Positions 30,398-39,163 of a stretch of 64,000 bases of DNA are shown one piece after another. Every line of letters starts with the position of its first letter. Within the stretch, counting starts at the first letter, position 1. The stretch covers positions 4,601 through 68,600 of the forward strand of contig JAYZBS010000045.1 in the NCBI GenBank assembly GCA_036338635.1, read 5' to 3'. Position numbers and translations under genes: made by a program. The notes beneath the pieces were generated by a model. It had not been told where the DNA came from and searched no databases. It saw nothing but the letters and a program-made list of their open reading frames with translations. Source of the stretch: Pseudomonadota bacterium. Its GTDB lineage: Bacteria; Pseudomonadota; Alphaproteobacteria; Rhodobacterales; Rhodobacteraceae.

Positions 30398-30770
30398 GGC
30401 ATTGTTGCAGAACTCGGCGTTGAGGCGTGATTTTCCCTTACCCATTAAACCCATGCCACGTGCTCAATCTCGGCGGTGCCGAGGGCGTTGAAGCGGTTCA
30501 TGAGTGCGATGCGGATGTGGATCTCGGCCGCTTGTCTGTCGGGGTCTCGCGAAGCAATCCTTTCGCCAAAGGATTTGAGGCAGCGCATCTTCGCCTCGAT
30601 CCGACTTCGCATGTCATAGCCAGCCCAGTGCTTCCAGTTCGTCCGGCCAAAGCGTTTGCTCGCCCGCAGGATGTCGTTGCGGGCGCGGGCAGCAGGGCAG
30701 TCCTCCTTCCAGAGGCGTCCGTTCTTGCGGATCGGGATGACGGCCGTGCCGCCGCCGCGATCCACGATTG
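30398..30770 (-). mobile_element. IS5 (IS903 group) 3' fragment with right IR
   Basis: IPIRKNGRLWKEDC..RSRIEAKMRCLK..GERIASRDPDRQ; IR GGCATTGTTGCAGAA at 30398. Confidence 0.8.
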
Positions 30771-30784
30771 CGCTGCGCCAGCCG

Positions 30785-31033
30785 ATCGGTGCTCTTCTCG
30801 CCGTAGTCCGCGCCGGTCTTGGCGCCGACCTCCAGTTCCATCAGTCGCTCGGCCACGAAGCCGATCATCTCACGAAGCACGTCGGCGTCTGCGCTCTGTT
30901 CGACATGCGCACGCAGGTCCATCATGGGTTTGGTCATCGGGTATTGTCCTTGGTTCAGGTTGGTTCTCACAACCCGACCCTACCGGGAAACCCGATGGCC
31001 ACCGAAAGCTACACCACGTCCGTGGACGTCACC
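30785..31033 (-). mobile_element. IS256-family 5' fragment
   Basis: MTKPMMDLR..DADVLREMIGFVAERLMELEV..RLAQRN from ATG 30937; end sequence CTACACCACGTCCGTGGACG. Confidence 0.8.
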
Positions 31034-31794
31034 TCCCGCAAGGGAGCCACCCGAGCCGATGCGCACTGGGAATTGCACGGGGACGAGCTGCAGGCCAACC
31101 AGAGCCCCGGAACGTTGCGCATGCCACAGGAGGGCAGCTTAGCGATATTCGGACCCACCGCGTGTCGCAGGGGCGGTCAGTTCGACCGCGCGAGATCTTG
31201 GACGCCCGCGATGGCAAGCGCCAAGCTGCTTGCGCGAGCCAACGCCGGAGTGGCGCTGGAGACGTCCAACAACCGGGCGGCGCCACTCGGAACGCACAGA
31301 CAATACAAGCCGCCCGGTTGTTGATTGAGTGATCGCTCAACCATTGCTTCTTGAACAGCTGTCTTAATCGACACCCGCCCGCCGCCGCACTGGATGTGAC
31401 AGGGAAAGCAGCATGGCCAGCGGGCGCTTAAGGCGCAGGATGAGCGCCCGCCGCTGCCGGTCCGCAGAATTGCATCCTACGACGCGTCCTCGGCCTAGAT
31501 GACGTCACCGGGCATACACTTGGCGACCACAAGAAATGGGCCGACGAGCGGAGCTGCAGCCGAAGCCTCCCCGGCCGCATAAGAATTCAGCCCGATGTTG
31601 TCGTCAGGCTCGGTCATTCCGTCTGCCGGTAGCCAAGCCGGAACTGTGCCAGTCCCAGATCGCTGACATGGCCGTGCCTGCTGCCGCTCGTCATCATCTC
31701 CCGCCGACCGGACGGTGGCCGCAAAAGCATACCCTGCTCATTCGGGATCGGCTGTAGATGGGGGCCGTGACGCGGCGCGACTGGCTGTTTTACC

Positions 31795-31925
31795 CATGCG
31801 GATGAATGGATTTTATCCCAATGGATGAACGCACTCCCCCTGCTGCCAATCCTGCGCATGACGAAAACGCCGGCGGCATTTCATTGTGGACGGCCGAACT
31901 AATCATTCTGACTTTTCGCAGGATC
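31795..31925. other. Candidate oriT (RP4/IncP-type nic-like)
   Basis: AATCCTG|C at 31848-31855; inverted ATCCTGCG/CGCAGGAT (31849/31917); direct repeat CCCA..GGATGAA; sits upstream of the mob genes. Confidence 0.4.
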
Positions 31926-31973
31926 TGCATAATTTACCTGTCGGAACATCCCCATGAAGGAGACGCACCGACG

Positions 31974-32375
31974 ATGACCCTGATCACCGAAACCCAGCTG
32001 ACGGCCATGCGCGCGGCGCTCGCGGCGCTCGAGGCGAAGCCGAAGACGCAGTTCACCAATCCCGAGGTGGTGGAGGCACTCGCCCGCGAGATCCGCCACG
32101 CGCAGGACAAGCTCGGCTACAGTCTGACCGACATTGCGCTGCTGCTGCAGAAGCACGGCATGAGCATCCAGCCGACGACGCTGCGCGGCTATCTGCGCAG
32201 GCTGAAGGAGGCGGCGCCGAAGCCGAAGGCGCGCAAGACGCGGACCTCCACGGCAAGGACGATGCCCGCTGCGGCGGGGCCGGCCGTGGTGGTTGACGGG
32301 ACTGCGCCGCTTTCCGGCGAAACGATGGCGGATGATGACGTTGTGCTGGAGGTGGTCGATGGCCAGGGCGGGTGA
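31974..32375 (+). CDS. Mobilisation accessory protein, resembling pTF-FC2/pTC-F14-type MobC
   Basis: EVVEALAREIRHAQDKLGYSLTDIALLL..GMSIQPTTLRGYLRR pattern with a Pro/Lys/Ala tail; RBS AAGGAG. Confidence 0.6.
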   Translation: MTLITETQLTAMRAALAALEAKPKTQFTNPEVVEALAREIRHAQDKLGYSLTDIALLLQKHGMSIQPTTLRGYLRRLKEAAPKPKARKTRTSTARTMPAAAGPAVVVDGTAPLSGETMADDDVVLEVVDGQGG

Positions 32376-32706
32376 CGGGCGGCCCCGCTCGGCGGCGCGT
32401 CAGAGAACGGTGGTCCTGCGGTTTCGCGTCAGCGACGAGGAGCACGGGCGGATCCGCGCGGCCGCTGCTGCGGGCCGTCATGCCAACACGGCTGCCTATC
32501 TGCGCGCCTGCGCGCTGCACGCCGGGCCCCGCCCGGTGCCCGCAGCTCGCCTTGTCGGCGGGCTCGGGCTGATCGCGGGGCGGCTCGCCGCGATCACCCG
32601 GCTGGCCGAGCGGGGCGGGATGGCCGCGATCATCGCGGAGGCGAACGAAGCCGAGGCCGCGCTGGCGGCCTGTCTGCGGGACGTGATGGCGGAGGATGCA
32701 GGATGA
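32359..32706 (+). CDS. Ribbon-helix-helix relaxosome accessory protein (MobC/TraJ-like)
   Basis: RTVVLRFRVSDEEHGRIRAAA..AAYLRACAL; overlaps the relaxase start. Confidence 0.75.
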   Translation: MARAGDGRPRSAARQRTVVLRFRVSDEEHGRIRAAAAAGRHANTAAYLRACALHAGPRPVPAARLVGGLGLIAGRLAAITRLAERGGMAAIIAEANEAEAALAACLRDVMAEDAG

Positions 32707-34517
32707 TCGCGAAGGTGATCCACCCGAAGCGCCGCGCATGTGCCGGCGCCGAGGACCGCTTTGCCGCGCGCCTGCGCTATGCCTGCGGCAAGGCCGCGGC
32801 CATCGAGACGGGCAATCTGGTCGGCACCTGGCCGGCGGCGGCGGTGCAGATGCGCGTGGTTGCGGCGGCAAGCGCGCGGGTGCGCCAGCCCTGCCACCAT
32901 GTCGTCCTGTCTTGGGGCGACGGGGAGGCGCCGTCCGACACGGCGGCCCTCGCCGCGGGCCGGATGGTGGTGCTGCGGATGGGCTGGCAGGACCATCAGC
33001 ATGTGCTGGCCGTGCACCGCGATCGCCCGAACCTGCATGTCCATCTGGTGTTGAACCGGGTCCATCCGCGGACCGGAAGAGCCTGCTCGCTCGGCCATGA
33101 CTATGCCCGGCTCGAGCATGCCTGCCGCAGCACCGAGATGGTCTTCGGCTGGCCCCCGGATCGCGGCCGGTTCCAGACGGAAATGAGTAAGGGCGTGCTG
33201 CGGCTGGTGCCGATGCCGGAGGCGCATTGGCGGGCCCGCCATGCGGCGCGGGAGGCCGGGCTGCGCACCGATCCGCTCAGCGTGCGCGGACCCGAACGGC
33301 GTTCGGGCACGGCACCCCTGCGCGACCGGCTGCCGGCCTCGATCCTGCAGCGCGCGCAACAGCTGCTTGCGGATGTGGCCAGTTGGGCGGGGCTTCATGC
33401 GGGTCTTGCCGCACTCGGCCTGCGCTATCTGCGCCATGGCAGCGGGGCGCGCGTGACGGAGAGGGACGGCAGCGGCGCCATGCCGGCCTGTCATCTGGGC
33501 GCCGCCTTCGGATTGGCCCGCATGGTAGCGCGGCTCGGGCGCTTCCGCCCTGCCCCGACACCAGACGCCGTTCTGCCGGTTGTGGCTCGGCCGGAAGCCG
33601 CAGCGCGCGCGGCGTATGACCGCGCCCGCGCCGAACGTCGGGCGCGGCGGGCCGACCTTGGCCGCGAGCACAAGGCCGAACGCAGTGGGCTGGGCCATGC
33701 GCTGCGCGGGCTCGATCCCGTCATTGCCGACGCCTTTCGGGTGGCGCTGCAGGCCGAGCAGCGCGCGGCGCGGACGGCGTTCCGCGCCATCCCGCTGCCG
33801 CGCCTGGCCGATTACGGGATGACGATCCCGGCCCCGACCTCATGGGCATCCCGCGACAGCCGGCATCGGCATCTGCGGCGCGAGGCGCAATGCTGGCAGG
33901 CGGATCCCACCTTCCCGCGCCCACCGCTCGATCACACCCGCGCCCGCCAATTGTGGCACTTGGCAAGTGCGCAGGCGGGGCCTGACGACCGTCATGTCCA
34001 TGCCGATGATGGGGCGGGTCTGCGGCGCGTCGCCAAGAGCCGGATGCTGCTGGCCCGGCGCAGCCCGGACGAGGCGGTGCTCGGCTATGACTTGATCACC
34101 GAGACGCGCGACGGACGCCTGATCGCCACTCCGATCTCCGGCATGCACCACGCCCTCGGGCTGATCGGCCCGCGCCGGGCGCGGCACTGCCTGGTGACGA
34201 CGGATGCGGGCATGGGCGCGAGGCTCGCGGTCGCAAGGCCGACCGAGCTGGTGATCGTCGCGTCCCCCTCCCCTGCCCCGCGACTGGCCGGCTGGTTGCG
34301 GAAGCTCGTGGGGGGCCGCTCGGCCTCTCTCGACTGCGCAGCAGGTTCGGATGATGCGGCGCAGCTGCGCGCCTGCTTGCCGCAGGCTGTCCTGTCCGAC
34401 GCTGGTGCCCCCGGACCTGTGGCACTACCGCCGCGACAGGACATGCATGCTGCCGAGATAGAGAGCGACGCGCGCGCTGCGACGGACCCCGGGGATGATC
34501 CCCCTGCCCCGGGCTGA
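32703..34517 (+). CDS. MOBP-type relaxase
   Basis: Motif I Tyr (RLRYAC), motif II CHHVVLSW, motif III AVHRDRPNLHVHLVLNRVHP. Confidence 0.88.
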   Translation: MIAKVIHPKRRACAGAEDRFAARLRYACGKAAAIETGNLVGTWPAAAVQMRVVAAASARVRQPCHHVVLSWGDGEAPSDTAALAAGRMVVLRMGWQDHQHVLAVHRDRPNLHVHLVLNRVHPRTGRACSLGHDYARLEHACRSTEMVFGWPPDRGRFQTEMSKGVLRLVPMPEAHWRARHAAREAGLRTDPLSVRGPERRSGTAPLRDRLPASILQRAQQLLADVASWAGLHAGLAALGLRYLRHGSGARVTERDGSGAMPACHLGAAFGLARMVARLGRFRPAPTPDAVLPVVARPEAAARAAYDRARAERRARRADLGREHKAERSGLGHALRGLDPVIADAFRVALQAEQRAARTAFRAIPLPRLADYGMTIPAPTSWASRDSRHRHLRREAQCWQADPTFPRPPLDHTRARQLWHLASAQAGPDDRHVHADDGAGLRRVAKSRMLLARRSPDEAVLGYDLITETRDGRLIATPISGMHHALGLIGPRRARHCLVTTDAGMGARLAVARPTELVIVASPSPAPRLAGWLRKLVGGRSASLDCAAGSDDAAQLRACLPQAVLSDAGAPGPVALPPRQDMHAAEIESDARAATDPGDDPPAPG

Positions 34518-34805
34518 GCCAAGGCAATGGAGATAAGAGGACAGCCGCGAAGCGGTCGCCCGGAGAAAGCTGCGCGGAGCCGAAGCGGCCAAGGGCGCGA
34601 CGCTGCACGGCCGGGGCGCACTTGAGACGCCGTCCCGAGAACGCCCTCGTCGCCGTCCACATAAATCCGACTGACGACAGGCGCAGAGCCCTGCGCATGT
34701 CGACGATCGAGCTTAGACTGTCGCCACCACGGAAAGAATTCCGGCCCCACCTGAGAACCCTTCGACCCCCGGCGCCTGCCCCGCAGGTGCAGACGACGCG
34801 AGGCC

Positions 34806-36824
34806 ATGCCCATGACCATCACCCGGACCATCAACACCAGCGATGGCACGCAGATCTCCGAGAACAGGTCGATGTGCTGCCGGCATGTGTCGAGCCTTCT
34901 GCCCGAACTGACCGACCCGGAGCGTGTCGTCGAGGCCAGTCATGAGGAGACGAGCGCAGCTGCTGTCTCTCCCGTCCATTCGGAGGAACCGTTCAGCAGC
35001 TTGTCCCGCGACAAGGCCTTTGCAGAGGCGGCAGGGCCGACTGTGGAAGACACCGCCCACCCCGACAGGGTGCCCTTGCGGACCTCCGCGGCGTCAGGTG
35101 CGCGAGGCCCGGATGGGCAGGTAGCCGAAGGCGACGCGGACCTGCGCCGCTTCTTCGAGGATATCCATCGCACCCTGCCGACGAACTTTACCCTGAATGA
35201 GAACATCCCATGCATTCTCTACAAGGGCATGAGGTTCTGCGACCCGCTGCGTGTCGTGTCTCACGCCCGTCGCATCGATGGCACGGGCTGGATGCTCGAT
35301 CTGGAGATCCTCGACGGCGACATGACGCCCCGCCGGATGCCGGTGTCGCGGATGGATCTCAAATCCAAGCCGACCATGCTGCTCAGCGCGCTCGCCGATC
35401 GCGGCTTCCGGCTCTTTTGCCTGCGGGAGGACTTTTTCGAGTTCTTGAACATCTGGGACCGCGCGCCGAGAAGTTGGCGCGCGGATCACCCCGGGTGGTT
35501 CGAGGCGCCCTCGGATGCGCCCAGCTATCTGCGCCCCGATGGGACCCGGCACGCCCCGGCCAGGGCGCAGGCAGAGGCCGTTCTGGCCGAACCGCTGCGT
35601 GATCCCTACGGCCGGTCCGGCAGCCTGGCCGGCTGGCAGACGGAGATCGCCCGCCGGGCGATCGACAATCCGGCCCTCGTCTTTGCCATCTCGGCGGCGC
35701 TCGCCGGCCCGCTGCCGCGACTGGTCGGGCTTCAGACCGCGGGCTTCAATTTCTTTGGCACCGCGGCCAGCGGCAAGTCGCTCCTGCTCCATGTGGCAGC
35801 GAGCGTGCTTGGCCACCCGGAGGGGGTCAGCCCCTGGTCGGCAGCCACCACCGGTCTGCATCGGCTGAGCGCGGAGGCGCAGGACAGCCTGCTGGCGCTC
35901 GATGGCTACCCGCTCCGGCCCGACGGCCAGCACCGGCGCGCTCTGCTCGCGATCGGCAATGATGCCGGGGCCGGCCGGGCGCTGTCTGCGCGCGATCCGC
36001 ATGGCAGCAAGCGCTGGCGGCGGGTGATCCTGTCCACTTCGGAGACCCCGCTTCGCAGCAGCCTCGGGCAAGGCAAGCAGGCGCCCCCTGCCCCGCTCTT
36101 GCGCCGCATGATCGATCTGCCGGCTGAAATCCACGCGCACGGAGCTTTTGCGGCTCTTCACGGCGCCGCGGATGGCGCCAGTTTCACGCGCGGGCTGGAA
36201 CGCGCGCTACGCCGGCATCACGGCCATCTTCTTCCGGCATTTCTGGAACGGTTGATTGCAGATCTCGACCGGCATGCCGAGACCCTCGACGCCGATCTTC
36301 AGCGCCTCACCACCCGGATCATGGCGCATGCGCAGCGTGCGGCGCCATCCTCCCCCGCCGCCGACGCCCCCGGCGCCGAGCGCCTCGCCCTTGTCGGCTG
36401 CGCCGGCGAGATGGCCATCCGCTTCGGGTTGCTGCCCTGGCCAGACGGCACGGCAAGCGAGGCCACACATGCGATGGCCAACCTGGCGCAACACTTACCG
36501 ACGGGATCAGGCTGGGACGCCTCACGGGCCCGGGCCGAACTGCGCCGCTATGCCGAGAAGAACGACACCCGGATCGTCGATCTCGACGCGGCCCCGCGGC
36601 CTACCGGCGATGTCCCTCTCGTCGGCTGGCAGGATCGCGATCATCTCTACCTGTCCGGCGATCCGCTGCGGGGCGAAGTCGAGGCGCTCGACGACTTGCT
36701 GGCCGCCGTCGATCATATCCTGAAGCCCGGCGGCGAGGCCCGATCAAAGCAATACCGCATGCCCGCGACGAAGGTCCCCGACCGGCCCCGGGTCTATCGC
36801 TTCGACAAGGCAAAGCTCGGATAG
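34806..36824 (+). CDS. DUF927 (Cch-like) P-loop helicase-family protein
   Basis: GSLAGWQ..LVFAISAALAGPL, Walker A GTAASGKS, WRRVILSTSE, RMIDLP. Confidence 0.82.
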   Translation: MPMTITRTINTSDGTQISENRSMCCRHVSSLLPELTDPERVVEASHEETSAAAVSPVHSEEPFSSLSRDKAFAEAAGPTVEDTAHPDRVPLRTSAASGARGPDGQVAEGDADLRRFFEDIHRTLPTNFTLNENIPCILYKGMRFCDPLRVVSHARRIDGTGWMLDLEILDGDMTPRRMPVSRMDLKSKPTMLLSALADRGFRLFCLREDFFEFLNIWDRAPRSWRADHPGWFEAPSDAPSYLRPDGTRHAPARAQAEAVLAEPLRDPYGRSGSLAGWQTEIARRAIDNPALVFAISAALAGPLPRLVGLQTAGFNFFGTAASGKSLLLHVAASVLGHPEGVSPWSAATTGLHRLSAEAQDSLLALDGYPLRPDGQHRRALLAIGNDAGAGRALSARDPHGSKRWRRVILSTSETPLRSSLGQGKQAPPAPLLRRMIDLPAEIHAHGAFAALHGAADGASFTRGLERALRRHHGHLLPAFLERLIADLDRHAETLDADLQRLTTRIMAHAQRAAPSSPAADAPGAERLALVGCAGEMAIRFGLLPWPDGTASEATHAMANLAQHLPTGSGWDASRARAELRRYAEKNDTRIVDLDAAPRPTGDVPLVGWQDRDHLYLSGDPLRGEVEALDDLLAAVDHILKPGGEARSKQYRMPATKVPDRPRVYRFDKAKLG

Positions 36825-36830
36825 GCCCTC

Positions 36831-36858
36831 AACCGTCCAACCGTCCAACCGTCCAACC
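36831..36858 (+). repeat. Tandem 8-mer (AACCGTCC)x3.5, iteron-like
   Basis: AACCGTCC AACCGTCC AACCGTCC AACC, 6 nt after the DUF927 stop. Confidence 0.9.
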
Positions 36859-37413
36859 ACGACAGCTTCTCGGCCGGTTCTGCAAGAGGTTCTCGGTGCT
36901 AAGGGCCATGATCTCCACTGTGGCGCGGCCCTTTATGTCAGGCAGTCGGGGGGCAGTGTCCATGTCCCATTGTGCCGGCGGAACGGTATCCGGTTCGAGT
37001 CGCAAGGGGCAGTCCAGCAAGCCCACCATGTCTCATCTGGTCCACCGCCTGGACATCTCTATCGCCATTCCAACCTCGACCGGCGCTTCAGTCGCCCACT
37101 CGTCTCGGCGCTCCCGCAGCGCGGCCATCATTCACCGTGGTCAAACCTTCGCCGGGTCGTTTCCAACCGTTGGGCTAGCAATTTGTGGGTCATCCAAAGA
37201 CGTGTGGCGATGTCCATCTTGGCGTATCGTATGTCATCAACTGCCAGCACGTCCGATTTTCCCGCAACGTAGTTTTTTCCTGCTGCGGTGTTGACATGCC
37301 GATTCGCGACCGCCAGAATCACCCCATGTCGCGGCAAATGCCCGACGGGCCTCAGCGGGGCATCCTACCTCCCCGCCGAGACCCTGACCAGCCAATCTGA
37401 TGTGGAGACTGAC

Positions 37414-37917
37414 ATGGCTACCGATACCCCTACCACCGCGCCTAGCGCGGCGAAAGCGCCGTTCTGGTCCGCCAGCTTCTACGGCTTGCAGTTCATTTCT
37501 CTCCTCGACGCATGGGGCGAGCATATCACGGCTCAGCGCATCCTGGAATGGACCGACCCTGCCGATCCCGGTTACGAGCGTGCGGCGGCTTGGGCCGAGA
37601 TGGCGCTGCCGAGCTTTCATCAGACTCTCCTCAACGCGCTCGAGGCCGCGCCGAAGGAGCCGCTCGATCTGCCCCTGCGCCGGATGACGCTTCTCGTCGC
37701 GACGCTGGTCCGGGAGGACCGCGGCTCGGCTTTTATTCGCTACGAAGCGTTGAAGAGCGAGTTTGCGCCGTTCTTCGTCGTCACGGGCGGAGGTCCTGCG
37801 GCGGATGAAGTGCGTGCGATGCTCGCTTCCGCCGAACGGCGTCTGACGTTGATGTCGCGGCTGTCCTGCTATCGCACCGAGAGTGCGGCGTGCGAAGCCG
37901 AGCTGCTCGCAGCCTGA
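37414..37917 (+). CDS. Hypothetical protein (167 aa)
   Basis: RBS GGAGA before ATG 37414; GC-rich third codon positions; no motif recognised. Confidence 0.7.
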   Translation: MATDTPTTAPSAAKAPFWSASFYGLQFISLLDAWGEHITAQRILEWTDPADPGYERAAAWAEMALPSFHQTLLNALEAAPKEPLDLPLRRMTLLVATLVREDRGSAFIRYEALKSEFAPFFVVTGGGPAADEVRAMLASAERRLTLMSRLSCYRTESAACEAELLAA

Positions 37918-38068
37918 CACTTCTCCTGATTCCTGACAGCCTGGGCTGACGCCTTCCGGATCTGCGGGTGGCGCCATCTCGCGCGTCGATGTCCGCGTTT
38001 CGACATCGGTGCCCCCACGCGTGTCCGGCTGTCCCTTTTTTTTCCCATTCCAAACGGGAGGACCACGC

Positions 38069-39115
38069 ATGTCCTTTTATGACCTTGCCCCGGCCGACAC
38101 CAACGGCGGGGAATTCCATCCCATCTACGCGCACCCCATCCCGGATCACTGGCATGATTGGGCTGAGGACAAGGGCTTCGAGATCGTCGAGCGCGTCCTG
38201 GACAAGAACCATCTCCAGCTGCGTTGCGACAGCTGCGGCGGAGACATGGTTTCAAAGGTCTTCGTGTTGCGCTCCGCGACGCCGCGCTGTCCGCACTGTC
38301 TCAATGACCGACGCGAGCGCTTGTGCGCCGAGGCTGGCGTCACCTTTATCGAGGCCGACGGATCGCATGACTTCTGGATCCGCTTGCCATGCGGTCATGA
38401 GACGGGCCGGCAGCAGTCGCTCCTGGAACGCGTCAGGGCGGTCGAGGTCAATATCCGCTGCGAAGACTGCCTCGACGCGCGGCTGGAGGCGGAGGCGGAA
38501 GCCCGCGGGTGGCGGGTCATCGATGGTGATCCCGACGGCGACCATGATTACCTGCTTTATCGGCACGGCTGCGGTCATGAGCAGCGGGCTGCAATCATCA
38601 ACATGCGCACGGGACGCCTGACATGCCATGGCTGCAGCGACGCGTGGACCAGCGCTCCGAGCTACATCTATGCGATGCGTTTCGGTCTTAAGAGCGGGCG
38701 GAATGCAATCAAGGTCGGATATTCCCGTGATCCGTGGTCGCGCCTGCGCCATCAGCTGGTGACCGACCTCGAGCAAGACGCCGAACTGGTTCGGGTCATC
38801 CCGATCCGCACCGGCCATGACGCTATCCGGCGCGAGAAGCGCCTGCATGCCATGCTGCGCGATCTTCATCCCGAGGCCGTGCTGGAGCCGGCTGAGTTCG
38901 CCGGTCAGGTCAAGGTCAGGTCGGAGCTCTACTGCGCCAGCATTGAACCCGAGATCATGGCCCTGCTGGACGACATCGAGCTGCGCGTCAGGTCGCTGGC
39001 GAAGCGTGCCAAAAGGCTCGCCCGCCGCCGCGCGCGGCAGGAGGCTCGGCGCGCCAGGAACCATCAGCGCCGCAAGCGGAACGGTGGCTGCGGCGCCCGC
39101 GCCGCCATCGTCTGA
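38069..39115 (+). CDS. Triple Zn-finger-repeat protein with C-terminal GIY-YIG (T5orf172-like) nuclease
   Basis: RBS GGGAGG; CDSC..CPHC / CGH..CEDC / CGH..CHGC repeats; YIY..IKVGYSRDPWSRL..REKRLH..SELY. Confidence 0.82.
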   Translation: MSFYDLAPADTNGGEFHPIYAHPIPDHWHDWAEDKGFEIVERVLDKNHLQLRCDSCGGDMVSKVFVLRSATPRCPHCLNDRRERLCAEAGVTFIEADGSHDFWIRLPCGHETGRQQSLLERVRAVEVNIRCEDCLDARLEAEAEARGWRVIDGDPDGDHDYLLYRHGCGHEQRAAIINMRTGRLTCHGCSDAWTSAPSYIYAMRFGLKSGRNAIKVGYSRDPWSRLRHQLVTDLEQDAELVRVIPIRTGHDAIRREKRLHAMLRDLHPEAVLEPAEFAGQVKVRSELYCASIEPEIMALLDDIELRVRSLAKRAKRLARRRARQEARRARNHQRRKRNGGCGARAAIV

Positions 39116-39163
39116 CGACGCCCACCGATCACGCAATCCGATCCAATTCATATGGAGGTCCCG

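Noticed and set aside
31034-31340. ORFs 30656-31324, 31029-31340 and 31177-31374, and the hairpin CAACAACCGGGCGGC...GCCGCCCGGTTGTTG
   Set aside because: No recognisable protein in any frame. The inverted repeat (~31268-31323) is real, but I cannot assign it a function.
36831-36858. Tandem repeat as CRISPR
   Set aside because: 8-bp unit with no spacers and no cas genes.
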